Shown here: positions 12,209-24,214 of the stretch, one piece after another
Layout: each line of letters opens with the position of its first letter
Position numbering within the stretch: position 1 is the first letter of the stretch
Assembly (NCBI GenBank): GCA_030390025.1
Contig: CM059432.1
Coordinates: 46,750,001 to 46,814,000 of the forward strand
Source of the DNA: Squalus acanthias
Taxonomy: Eukaryota
Reading direction: 5' to 3'
Length of the DNA: 64,000 nt
Position numbers and translations under genes: made by a program
Notes under the pieces: model-generated
Database searches by the model: none
What the model saw: the letters and a program-made list of their open reading frames with translations, nothing else
Told to the model about the DNA's origin: nothing

Positions 12209-14123
12209 ATGACTGCTTCAAGACCCAAGACATCTCCCAGATTTGATGATGACTCCCTCCATGCTCTTGTGGAGGGAGTGAGAGGGCGCAAAGAGGTACT
12301 GTTCCCCTCAAATGGACAGAGGAAGCCTCCTCAGCAAACCAAACCAGCCTGGCTGCAAATTGCTGAGGAGGTGAGCGCCAGGTCTTTGTGTGGTCGCACC
12401 TGTGTTCAGTGCAGGAAAAGTTTCAATGATCTGCTACGCACAGCAAAAGTGAGTATAACATCACACTTACCTTCAATCTGCTCCCCATCTCCTCTCATCA
12501 CCAGCACTCTGCATTGTCAACCTACTCCTGCATATCCCACTTTACCCTTACATCCCTTGCACCCTTAACCATCCCTCTCTCTCTATGTACAGAATCACTT
12601 CACTATTATACTATGCACCCCTCACACTCGCTATCACTGTTATGCAATGACAACAACTAACAATGCACAGGGAGGGCCCTTGGTACTGGCACCTCACTCC
12701 ATCTTTGTCTCCCTCTAAGCATCTATGCTATGGATTCTCTACACTCACTCCAACATTCTCACGCAAACTCCACTTGTGTCCCTCATTGCAGGAAAAGAGA
12801 GTCCACAATAAGAGGGAGAGGGGCAGGACAGGAGGAGGGCCACCTTCGATTGCCCACTTGACCACCGCTGAGGAGGCTGCTCTCGACATCGTCGGAGGTG
12901 CTGAGGATCTGGAAGTGGGGGACGGTCAGACAGGCGCAGTAGAGCAAGCTGGTGACAGAATAGATTTGCAACCCTCTCATTTAGATTGCATGAGTGACTG
13001 ATATGGCATCTGATGTTCATACAGATTGAGTTCTGATCATCTGCACAATTTCAAGTGCCTGCTACGTTCATATCACATGTCTAACTCATGCCTTTACTCT
13101 CCCACAGGACTATCGAGAGCCCCCCTCCCCACTGTCCAGGAGGAAGAGCCGGAAGACTCCTCAGAGGAAGCTGCAACCTCTGAGGGCGCAGTGTCAACAG
13201 AATTGAGCGCACCCAGCACCAGCGCAGAGATGCACACCTCGATGGGTCATTCGCGAGATAGATTAGTGTTGTCACCTGGTGTATCACAGCTCACAAATGA
13301 GCAGCAGCAGATGGTGGAGAGAGGGACAGCAGTGGAGAGTCCTCGTCAGAGGCCGCAGGGCGCTCCTAGCTCTGCTCAGCTACATGTGGACCCTGTACCA
13401 CTGGGGCCATTGAGAAAGAGAGTGGTGCTGGAACTTCAGCAACAAGTGCAGGAGTCTCTGACAGGTTTTGCATCCATGGTAACTGTGAGTGTGCAGAGAA
13501 TGGAGGAATCCATCTCAAACATAAGCAATGCCATGCTGGAGGCAAGGGCGCATGAACGTGCCACCATGGAGAGGGTGGCAACCTCCTTGGAGGACATAAG
13601 TCGGCAGACTCAACAGAGCATGGTAACTCTTCTAAATAGATGGTTTGCTATGGAGGATAGTTGGGCAGCTATTGAGGAGAGACACCAGAGGTACAGGGAC
13701 GTCCCCATTATGAGGACTGTCAGTACAGAGATGGGTCCTCATGGCCCCACTGATGTACAGCAAGGTGCTCTCCAGCTACTTGCTAGCAGTGAAGTGCGGG
13801 CGACCCATGAGAGGGATGTTGGTGGTTGACAACAAGGAAGTGTGGGCTCCTCTCCAAGCGCTCACACTCCCATGCCACTGCGGAGCCCTTGGTCAGAGCC
13901 CCAGAGTCCTCACCCAAATGAGATGGCCGTCTCAGCCCCTGCACAGCCGCAGGAGGAGCAGACTGTTGCCGAGCCATCCCAGGCTCCCAAACCCAGAGGT
14001 CGCCCACCAAAGGTGTCGAAGCAGGAGTAGCATGAAAGTGAGCAAGGTGCCTCCACATCTGCTGAAGCCACAGGGGAAGCACCACGTAGAAGCACGCGTA
14101 AGAGAAAGTTAACACACAAATAG
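12209..14123 (+). pseudogene. Harbinger Myb/SANT-like gene, 3 exons (12209-12448, 12792-12951, 13108-14123)
   Basis: PRFDDDSLHALVEGV..W..IA..V....RT..QCRKSFNDL, then RTGGGPP. Frame intact but nonsense codons at 13827 (TGA; CGA in the 45-47 kb copy) and 14028 (TAG; CAG in that copy). Confidence 0.8.
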
Positions 14124-14386
14124 TCACAGGGGTAGTCACTTGGGTGTTTTGATGTAATACAACTTTAATATTATCATCGTCATTTCAATTGTAATAAAGA
14201 AATGCAATGGCAAACATTCAAAGAGTTGGCCTATGTGTGCCCAGAAATGGAAGTGTCACAGTGAGGTGTCAGGGCGCCTTTCATCTGTAATGATGGTGGT
14301 GAGAGTGATAGGAACCCACAGTTTATTGTACAGATGGTGTATGGTGTGTTAAGAAGGTGGCAGCCACATGTGTTTGCTTCGTAAAC

Positions 14387-15565
14387 TTAAGCGAATCTGG
14401 CATGGATTAGTACATCCCTTGCATCATGACCAGCAATGTGCTCGCGTGCTGGTGGAACTGGCACATCCGCCTCCGCAAGGTCTTCCTTCTCCTCCTCCTC
14501 CTCTGAGGAGGAGGAGGCTGTGCACTGAGTCACTTGTTCCTCAGGCAGCGGTAAGCCACGCTGCTGTGCGCTGTTGTGCAGACCACGATGATTCTGGAGA
14601 CCCTGGCTGGTGAGTACTGTAGGGCTCCACCTGATCTATCGAGGCATCTGAATGGCTCTGGTGGAAATGTGGCTGGCATTGCAGCGCTCCTCAGCTTCGT
14701 TTGATGGCCTCCTCAACGGCGTCATTAGCTACGTCTTCAGGGGATAGCCCTTGTCTCCAAGTAGCCAGCCGGAAAGTTGGGTTGGCGGATTGAAGAGCTG
14801 AGGCACAGTAGACTGCTGCAGGATGAACGAGTCATGGCAACTGCCAGGGAACTTGGCGCAAACATGCATAATGTTTTTCCTGTGGTTATACACCAGCTGG
14901 ACATTAAGGGAGTGGAAGCCCTTGCGGTTCACAAATACAGCTGGGTTGTGATGGGGTGCTCTAATGGCCACATGTGTGCAGTCTATGACGCCCTGCACCC
15001 TTGGCAAGACCGCCATATTTGCAAAGCCAACCGCACGCGCGGTTACACTTGCTTCATCCGTGGAGAAGTGGGTGTAATTGTGCGCCTTTGCAAAGAGAGC
15101 ATCGATAACCTGCGTGATGCAAGTGTGTGCGGCCTGATGCCTGATGCCGCTGATGTCTGCTGATGATCCCTGGAAGGACCCTGAAGCAAAAACATTGAGG
15201 GTGGTGGTGACTTTGACAGCCACTGGTAAGGAGTGTCCACCAGCTCCTCTGGGCTCCAGGTGTTGGTGCAGCATTGCGCAGATGTCAGCGACTACCTCTC
15301 GTGAAAGTCTCAGCCTCCTTTGGCACTGCTGCTCACTCATGTTGAGGAAGCCCATCCTCTGCCTGTAAACCCTGTGTTGGGGGTATCTCCTGCGGCGAGG
15401 TGCAGCCCTGCGCTGACGCCCTCTTCCCTGTGCAGCATCAGGTGGGCAAGGAGGAGGTTGGCGCTCCTGTTGTTGCTGCTACTGTTGTGCCTCATTCTGC
15501 TGCTGCCGCGGCTGCTCTGCCTGCGATTCTGAGGACCAGGATGAGAGGGTATAAATGATTCCCAT
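14387..15565 (-). pseudogene. Harbinger DDE transposase pseudogene
   Basis: [35 protein letters not shown] motifs; premature stop, frameshifts and deletions. Confidence 0.88.
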
Positions 15566-16677
15566 TCCGCTGGTATATATCTCAGTTGAGGAATAGATGT
15601 TATAAGCGCTCAGTCAAAGTGGGGAGAGGGTTTCCCAAGGAGGCCACAGTGCATATGGCTCTCAGCTTAACCACTTACAAGCTCAATAGACCTGCAAAAA
15701 GTGTTCCAACACCTTAAAAAACAAAGTTCTGTCATCTGAAAGTCAGCCATGTTACAGGTCTGCTATTATGCTGCAGGTGCAGCTGTCAAGAATTCGCGTA
15801 GTTGCTGAACCCGGCACAATCAGCTGGCGTGTTTTGCGAACGGCATGGAACATGCTGAAAATGTCCTAAAATGGGAAGAGCCTGCTAAAATCGGAATATG
15901 TAGGCAGTTAACAAGCTGTTAACTGCGTTAAGTGCCTCTCCCGCCACTTGGTGGCGCGTCTGAGCGGGACTACTCCCAGACCCGACACTTGGCAGGTTGA
16001 TGGTGGGTTCGGAACCTGCCGTCAATCAAAACAAATTTAATCTCTGACCCACCTCCAAACCCGCCCTCTGAGCGCTGGCAAAGTCATGGCCTTTGTGTCC
16101 TCACAACTTGCTTTCCCGCCTATCTTTGTATCATCAGCAAATTTGGCTACAGTACACACGGTTCCTTCATCCAAGTCATTAATATAGACTGTAAATAGTT
16201 GAGGCCCCAGCACTGATCCCTGTGGCACCCCATTAGCTACAGTTTGCCAACTGGAAAATGACCCACTTATCCCGACTCTTTGTTTTCTGTTAGTTAGCCA
16301 ATCCTCTGTCACCTATCACCCAGGCAATTTCAATCGTCCCCATCATTAGCTCCTCTTCTCCTTCCTTAGCTCAGGAACAAACTAGTTGCCTGTAATTTCC
16401 CATTGATACTGGGTATGCCCCGAGAGGTCCTATTGGCAGAAATCATGATGTCCAAGGATATCTATGATTCTCCTTCAATTGAGGAATATCCATGTAGGAA
16501 TCATTATTAATTTAATTTTTGATGGAGCACAGGATAATAGCTCATATTGCTATTAAAACTATCTTAGTAGTGGTTTAGTAACATTACTGATTCCAGGACT
16601 AAGAGGCACAGAACATTAAATAAAAGTTTTGCTGCTACTACAAGTGGCAATTCGTCATAGGATATTGCACTATACCT

Positions 16678-16820
16678 GAGGGGAAAAGATTTGCTGGGCT
16701 ATGGGGAAAGGGCGGGGGAGTGGGACTAGCTGAAGTGCTCTTGCAGAGAGCCGGCACGGGCTCGACAGGCCGAATGGCCTCCTTCTGTGTTGTAACCATT
16801 CTATGATTCTATGATTCTAC
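16678..16820 (+). mobile_element. Short CR1 3' end
   Basis: GGCCGAATGGCCTCCTTCTG followed by (ATTCTATG)n tail. Confidence 0.7.
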
Positions 16821-17394
16821 TATGGAGGGCATCACAGCTGAGCTTCTTAATTACTTTTCAATTTTCTTTTTTGAGCTTCTATTTCCCCTCCATTTCTGTT
16901 CATGTTTCTTGTGTACCACTATGAAGAGAGATGGAGGAAGCAGCACTCAGAATTCATGAAAGAGGGAGGAATCAGCCAGACACAGGAATATAACAAACAA
17001 ATAATGGATACAAATACAATTGTTAAGTGTAAATTGACTGGATAACTGGTTAAGGCCAAAGCTCAAGATTGCGAATCATCCTGTTTACCTTCAATTTGAT
17101 AAAATCATACAAAAGTTGTCTTATCATTTCTTTTTAATCACATCTTAAGGATTTTTAAATTTTAGTTTTATATTTTCATTATTTTTTGCAATGTTTCTGA
17201 ATGTTGGGTTATTTATAGCTCTCTCCTGCCTTTGGTGCAAATAGTTTCGGCCAATAAAATATCATCTGAAGACCCTGCTCTTTAGCCAATCAGATTTCAG
17301 GGCTGGACTAAGGTTTGTGTTCTCGCATAGATTTTAATAAGGCCCTACAATATATTGAAACTATTCTTTACAATTAATGTATAGCTTCACTCAC

Positions 17395-17462
17395 CTGAGT
17401 GAGGTTGCCCAAGATTGGTTCTGCTGTTTGTTTAAGAAGCATTTGATTTACTGGGTCAAGTC
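17395..17462 (-). CDS. CNBD1: CNBD1-like coding exon E
   Basis: Acceptor cttttgttcacAG, donor GTGAGT, 68 nt, phase 1-0. Peptide (G)LDPVNQMLLKQTAEPILGNLTQ. Not in the ORF track; found by splice-phase continuity. Confidence 0.8.
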
Positions 17463-17692
17463 CTGTGAACAAAAGGAAGTTTATGAAAAAAATTCTTCAG
17501 TTGTATCTGAGTGAACATTGAATTTCAAAGAACATATACTTCACAGATGTACTACAAATACATTTTTTTCAAAACAAGAAGATACGAAATATTATTTTAG
17601 GTTCAGTGGAGAAGTGCATTAGTAACTATTAATCCCTGTTACACGTCAGTACGTTACAGTGAACACAAAGGAGGCAGCTAATGGATCATTAC

Positions 17693-17843
17693 CTCGTAAA
17701 TCATCGGCAGAAATAACTCCAAGTTCAACTTTTGTTGCTGTGATTATTGTGCAGGTGAAGAGTTTTTCAAGAAGAATGCTGATCTCTCCAAAGGATTCCT
17801 TCTCTTGGAGCTTTCCCATGATGATATGCTTCACCTCACTTAC
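17693..17843 (-). CDS. CNBD1: CNBD1-like coding exon D (cNMP-binding domain)
   Basis: Acceptor tttttttcctAG, donor GTAATG, 151 nt, phase 0-1. Peptide VSEVKHIIMGKLQEKESFGEISILLEKLFTCTIITATKVELGVISADDLR with the ESFGE motif. Confidence 0.88.
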
Positions 17844-18574
17844 CTAGGAAAAAAAGATGACGTACGCAGTGATGGAAGTAAATGACACAAAACAAAAGAC
17901 ATTTAAGGACGAGTGGGTGAAAGGGATGGGAAATGGAGTACTGGCCAGCCACCCATGGGACAGCCAGCAGTACCAGCCCAGAATATACAGAAGCGAACCT
18001 CCATCAGCCCCCTTTTAAAGGAGGCTGAAGAAGTAAAAAATGCTCCATGATCCTTAGGTACTCAGGCCAAGTCCCGCACCTAGGCCCCTTAGTGGGCACC
18101 ACTTCCATCGGTTTTGAGGCCAATATGTCCCCTTTAACTGGCATACCAGCTGCTTGGTGGATCCCAGGCCAGGTGTGAGGAAACTCCAGCCTGAGACTCC
18201 CCTCCACAAGCCACGCCACCTCTGACGGAAGTGGAACATATTTGATACAGATGAAAGATCTGCCAAAAAGGGCTGCCTGAAACTCAGTGCAAAGACCTGG
18301 ACTGGAGTATTTGTGTCCCAGGATAATTTCCAGGTCTTACACTGAACTCCCTACAGTCTTGCCAGAAGTGTGCCATTCAAGACCACATACATTGGTTGGG
18401 AATTTGTAAGCAACATCAATTTTGTCCAGAATTTTTTAAATATAAACTTTTATGTAGCGGGAATGGCATACCAGTTGATTTGTAAATTCAGAAATAAAAT
18501 TGTAGAGGAGTGGAACAAACAATCTTATGCTTCTAAGGTGGGTTATAACAATCTTATGCTAAGGAGTATAGTAA

Positions 18575-20355
18575 GCGGCAGGTTACAGAGAGTAGGGATA
18601 ATGGGCAGGTACTCTAACTGGCAGGATGTGAATAGTGGTGTCCCGCAGGGATCTGTGTTGGGGCCTCAACTATTCACAGTATTTATTATCGACTTAGATG
18701 ATGGGATAGAAAGCCACATATCCAAATTTGATGATGACACAAAGATAGGCGGTATTGTAGGCAGTGTAGATGAAAGCATAAAATTACAAAGAGATATTGG
18801 CCCAAAAATTCGTGAGGAAGCCTTCGTGCGAGGGTAAGGCCTCCCCGCGATCTCTCACTCCGCGTTGGCTTTTTCAGTTCCAGCTCGCACGAACTTGATG
18901 TTCTGGACAGCTGCTGTGCTGGGCTTGCGTATCCCACCGGCGTAGTTAATTCGTGCGAGCTGTGGGATCACGTGACTCAGTTAGAGCCAATGGCAGCACA
19001 CCATCTTCCATTCATAACTTTCACATAAGTGCTGTGAAAGTTATGAATACTATAGCCCCCCAAAAGAACCGCTAAACCTCAATTAAATTTAAAAAAAAAC
19101 ATCACATTAATAAAATAAGTATAGTTAAATAAATTAACCATTTTAAATAAAAAATTAAATTTTTGAAAAAATTTAAAATCTTTTAAAAAGTTATAAAAAT
19201 AAACTTACCTGTCTTTAAAGTCTCTAAAAAAGATATACCTGTTAAAAAAAATTCAAAATAATACTTAATTCACTACTTACCTTGTTAAAAGTGGGTCTTA
19301 CTCCTCCTTTTTTTATGTGTAGAATCTTCCGTACTTACCTGCGCGTTGAAACCACTAAGTGCACAGCGTGCACGCAGCCTGTAGCGCGCACGCGGTTCAC
19401 CTAGGACCCGCCCCCTTTTCCATTCAGCAAGTGCCGGTTTTCAGCGCATGCGCAGTGCATGCAGAAAACCGGCAATTGGAGACAGAATACGCGAGAGTAC
19501 GCACTGCGTACTCTCGCGTAGCGGCACTAATTTTTGGGCCATTAATAGATTAAGTGAATGGACAAAACTGTGGCAAATGGATTTCAATGTCGGCAAATAT
19601 GAGGTCATCCTAAAAAGGATAGAACAGGGAACTTTTTAAATGGTGAAAAGCTAAAAACAGTGGAGCTCCAAAGAGACTTGGGGTCCAGGTACATAGATCA
19701 TTAAAATGTCATGAACAAGTACAGAAAATAATCAAAAAGGCTAATGGAATGCTGGCCTTTATATCTAGAGGGCTAGAATACAAGGGGGTAGAAGTTATGC
19801 TACAGCTAAACAAAGCTATGCTTAGACCACACCTGGTCGACTGCGAGCAGTTCTGGGCACCACACCTTAGGAAGGATATATTGGCCTTGGAGGGAGTGCA
19901 GTGTAGGTTTACCAGAATGATATCCAGACTCAAGGGGTTAAATTACGAGGAGAAATTTCACAAACTAGGGTTGTATTCCCTGGAATTTAGAAGATTAAGG
20001 GGTGATTTAATCAAAGTTTTAAAGATATTAAGGGGAACAGATAGGGTAGATAGAGGGAAACGATGTCCACTGGTTGGGGAGTCTAAAATTTAGAGCCAGA
20101 CCTTTCAGGAATGAAATTAGGTAACACTTCTACACACAAAGGGTAGTAGAAGTTTGGAACTCTCTTCCGCAAACAGCAATTGATGCTAGATCAATTGTTA
20201 ATTTTAAAACTTAGATTGACAGATTTTTGTTAACCAAAGGTATTCAGGGATAGAGGGCAAAGGCGGGTATATGGAGTTAGGTTGCAGATCAGCCATGATT
20301 TGACTGAATGGCGGAACAGGCTCAAGGGACTAAATGGCCTACTCCTGTTCCTATG
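18575..20355 (+). mobile_element. 5'-truncated CR1 LINE
   Basis: GVPQGSVLGP and LRPHL motifs plus CR1 3' UTR; split by the MITE at 18799-19540. Confidence 0.85.
18799..19540. mobile_element. Harbinger-type MITE
   Basis: TIR GGCCCAAAAATT(C/A)GTG, TSD ATT, AT-rich core, CpG-rich subterminal regions. Confidence 0.88.
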
Positions 20356-20694
20356 TAAGCAATACTGCTATTTTAAATAGCATAACTAGGTTCCAGCCTC
20401 TCTAGCTCTTCTGACCTTCCTTCAGAATTCTCCAGTTCAATATTTCTGTTCTGACTTCTGAGATATTAGCCTTAAAAAAAATAGTCTCTTTTGGGGCAGG
20501 CTTCAGGCAGTCTCCACGCAGAACATCAGCTGGGATACAAAGGTGCAGAGGCGCGTCACCTGGGTAGTGGATGGGAGAAGCCCTTGGGGAAACCCAGAGG
20601 TACTGAATAAAATGGAACAAGGTGCTGTGGACCAACTGTATCTAGGAGAGGGAACGCTCTGATTCCAGACAGTACTCACTCAGCCTTCCCAGGA

Positions 20695-22455
20695 AAATAT
20701 ATCCTTCCTTAGGTAAGGAGACCAAAACTGTACATAATACACCAGGTGTGGTCTCACCAGGGCCCTATATAATTGCAGTAAGACGTCTTTACTCTTATAC
20801 TCAAATCCTCTTGTAATAAAGGCCAACATACCATTTGCTTTCCTAATTGCTTGCTGTACCTGCATGTTAGCTTTCAGTGATTCATGTACAAGGACACCCA
20901 GGTCCCTCTGAACACCAACATTTCCCAATCTCTCACCATTTAAAAAATACTCTGCTTTTCTATTTTTCTTACCAAAGTGGATAACTTCGCACTTCTCCAC
21001 ATTATATTCCATTTGCCATGTTCTTGCCCACTCACTTAGCCTGTCTATATCTCCTTGAAGCCTCCTTGTATCCTCCTCACAACTTACATTCCCACCCAGC
21101 TTTGTATCATCAGCAAACTTAGATATATTACGATAGCAAAATACTGCGGATGCTGGAAATCCGAAATAACAACAGAAAATGCTGGAAAAACTCAGCAGGC
21201 CAGGCAGCATCCGTGGAGAGAGAAACAGAGTTAACGTTTCAGGTCGAAGATCTTTCGTCAGAACTGGAAAAAAGCAGGAAATGAAATAGATTTTAAAGCA
21301 AGTATAATGCTGGGAAAAGGGGGAGGGGATGAAAGAACAAAAGGGAAGGTCAGTGATAGGATAGAAAGCAGGAGAGATTAAGAGACATTGAGAGACATTA
21401 AGAGATATTCAAGGCAAGAGGAGGTGGTAATGTGACAGGTTGAGGAACAAAGGATGGCTCTAGATGAAGTGTGAAATGCACTGGCAGAATGAAGAACAGC
21501 TGCCAGCTTCTGGGAGGGAAGAAAAAAAAGACCAAACAAAAGGGTGGATAAAAAAATAAAATAAAAATATATATATGTGTGATGGGGGCCGGGGTTATGA
21601 TCTGAAATTGTAGAACTCTATGTTGAGTCCAGAGGGCTGTAGAGTGCCTAAACGAAAGATGAGGTGCTGTTCCTCGAGCTTATGCTGAGCTTCCGTGGAA
21701 CAATGCAAGAGGCCGAGGACGGTGAGGTCAGAGTGGGAATGGAGCGGAGAATTAAAGTGACAGGCCACCGGGAGCTCGGGGTCCCCCTTACGGACTGAAC
21801 GGAGGTGTTCCGCAATATTACATTTGGTCCCCTCATCCAAATCACTGATGTAGATTGTGAATAGCGGAGGCGCAAGCACTGATCCTTGCGGCACCCCACT
21901 AGTTACAGCCTGCCAACCCGAAAATGACCCGTTTATTCCTACTCTCTGTTTTCTGTCCATTAACCAATCCTCAATCCATGCTTGTATATTACCCCCAATT
22001 CCATTGCCCTAATTTTGTTTAATAACCTCTTGTGTGGCACCTTATCGAATGCCTTCTGAAAATCCAAATACACCACATCCACTGGTTCCCCCTTATCTAT
22101 TCTGCTAGTTACAACCTCTAACAGATTTGTCAAACACGATTTCCCTTTCATAAATCCGTGTTGACTCTGCCCAATCCTATTATTATTTTCTAAGTGCCCT
22201 GTTACCACGTCCTTAATAATAGATTCTAGCATTTTCCCTACTACTGATGTCAAGCTAACTGGTCTGTAGTTCCCCGTTTTCTCTCTCCCTCCTTTCTTAA
22301 ACAGCGGGGCTACATTTGCTACCTTCCAATCCACGGGAACCGTTCCAGAATCTATGGAATTTTGGAAAATGACAAACCAATGCCAAAACCCTAAGTTGTA
22401 GGCCATCAAGTCCAGGGGATTCATCAGCTTTCAGTCCCATTAATTTCTCCAGTAC
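20695..22455 (-). mobile_element. CR1 LINE internal RT fragment
   Basis: NYRPVSLTS, YLDFQKAFDKV, KFADDT motifs; split by the Penelope-like insertion. Confidence 0.85.
21132..21814 (-). mobile_element. 5'-truncated Penelope-like element: GIY-YIG endonuclease C-terminus plus pLTR with hammerhead motif
   Basis: AEHLRSVRK...PVACHFN...H..SDL.V.GL...EQHLIFRLGTLQPSGLN; TSD ATATTAC; CTGACGA...GAAACGTTAACT at ~21229-21265. Confidence 0.85.
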
Positions 22456-23339
22456 TATTTTTGTTACTAATACTAAATTAAAAAAAAAATGTAATTCAAA
22501 ACCTTTCAAAATGTACCTATTTGTGTACTTGCGTCCAAAAGATCCAGCGTAATTTTTACAGCCTCCTCGAAGGCCTGCAAACAAGTGCAATTAGCGGAAA
22601 CTCCCAATGGTGATTAATTCATCCTGGGGATGTGGTCAGTTTTGTGGACGGGGCTTGCTTCTAGCGCAATGTTTTTAAAACTAGCGCAAAAGATCGTGGA
22701 AACTCGAGTTGTGGCGAACGCAATTTGTGCTTAAAAGTCTGCGATCTTTTACGCCATTTATGACGATATCGGGGGAATTGCGCGGAAAAAACCAGCGCAA
22801 TCGAGCAGTAACTTCAGGCCAAGTTCTATAATCCTCGATGACTACATGTCAACTATCCAGAGACAGGATTGAGAAAATTTATTTCAGTGACTTTAATGCA
22901 GTTTAGGAGTGTGACAGGCTGTTGTAAGAACAAATCCCTGGGCCTCATGAGGATGGATTCCCAAATGAAAAAACTGACCACCTCCTTGCGTTCTGCTGCA
23001 ACTACTACCTCAGGATTGCTGGATCTTGGATCCAATGTAAGAATATTCATGTTACCCGTGTTCTAGTAGAAACCAGGCGGAAATTACTCCGGCAATTCAG
23101 AGTCTTCCAGTATAGAATTTGACTCTGAATACTTTACAGACGTGTAGTGGCGCCCATTCATTCACACCTGAAGAAAGCTCTAAGAAAGCGGCAGAAAGAA
23201 AGTTTGACCTCCATAAACTGGATGACTTTAATGTCAATTGTGTATATTAGCAATGCATTGAGCCGGATTTAACAGGATCTTCAAATACCTTATCACAGAA
23301 CAATGTCAAAGATGAATATATTCTTTTTAAGAATACATT

Positions 23340-23994
23340 GGGGGAAAATTTGTTAGCGACCATTTTGGGTCGCTAACATCGCCTGGATGCTAAATTTAGC
23401 GATCGCTAACTTCAGTTTTTACGCCCAAGAGGGAGGTGGAGCGCTAATTCAAGTGCTCCACTTCCTTCTTAGAGCGCTAACCCTGAATGTCGGGACGGTG
23501 CGTTCTGCAGCGCAAAGCACTGGGCCACATAGCATGGAAGGGCTCTTCCCCTCATTAAGGGGGAGGGCCCAAGCCCACAACTCTGCGGGGCCCTACCTGC
23601 GGGGTGCCGTGCCAGCAGTCCGGCACTCAAGAGGAGTGCCGGGCTGCCAAATTGCGGCACGGACCCCATTCAAAGACGCAACGAGCCGCGACAAGTAAGT
23701 CGGCCAATTTTTCTTTTTCCCCCGCTCACCACATCCCTTTAGCTAGCGCCCGACGAGCCTCCTGCCACTCCATTCCTGCCCCCTGAATCGCCCAGCGCAG
23801 ATTCAGGGGATGCGGGCCAATTTTGCAGGCGGGGCAAAAACAGGGCGCAGCGGAGCGGGGCGCTACCGGTTACCGCCGCCGCTAAACTCCTGCTGAATTT
23901 GGCGGGAGTCGTTAGCGGCACCACGCCCGGGCGAAAAGTCGTTTGCGCCCCGTTAGCGCCAACGAGAGGCACAAATACACCGAATTTCTAGCCC
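23340..23994. mobile_element. Harbinger-type MITE (family F)
   Basis: Imperfect TIR GGGGGAAAATTTG / CGAATTTCTAGCCC, TSD ATT, many TTAGCG/CGCTAA motifs; inverted copy at 38473-42435. Confidence 0.85.
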
Positions 23995-24214
23995 ATTGTG
24001 TGATACTGCCCAAGGAGCTCCTGAATCAAGCAAATTGGCTAAGAAGGAGCTGCTTTCTTCACGTACCCCAGACATCATTGAAAGAAGGTGTGCTGCCTGC
24101 CTTTCAGGGAACGTGACTCTATACAGAGAACTCAACTCGCAGAGAAGGCAAGGAATAAGGAATGATCAAAGAGCCTGGGCTGATAAAATTGCAGACAAGG
24201 CTGAGGGATGGTAG

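Larger units (their letters stand above)
11938..16091. mobile_element. Full-length degraded Harbinger transposon (family 2)
   Basis: TIR GGCCACGATTTT / AAAGTCATGGCC, TSD TTT; convergent Myb/SANT and transposase genes. Confidence 0.9.
9665..16310 (-). mobile_element. 5'-truncated CR1 LINE hosting three younger insertions
   Basis: Pieces 9665-9703, 10230-10558, 11426-11937 and 16092-16310 rejoin into one CR1 3' end (GVPQGSVLGP, KFADDT, LVRPHLEYC). Confidence 0.85.

Noticed and set aside
16320..17390. Search for the next or terminal CNBD1 exon
   Set aside because: No convincing phase-0 acceptor with a plausible peptide found by eye; remaining exons may lie outside the window.
22460..22820. Further CpG-rich MITE-like fragments (also ~50024-50240 and ~54950-55580)
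   Set aside because: Only one convincing terminus or no matching TSD, so boundaries cannot be supported.
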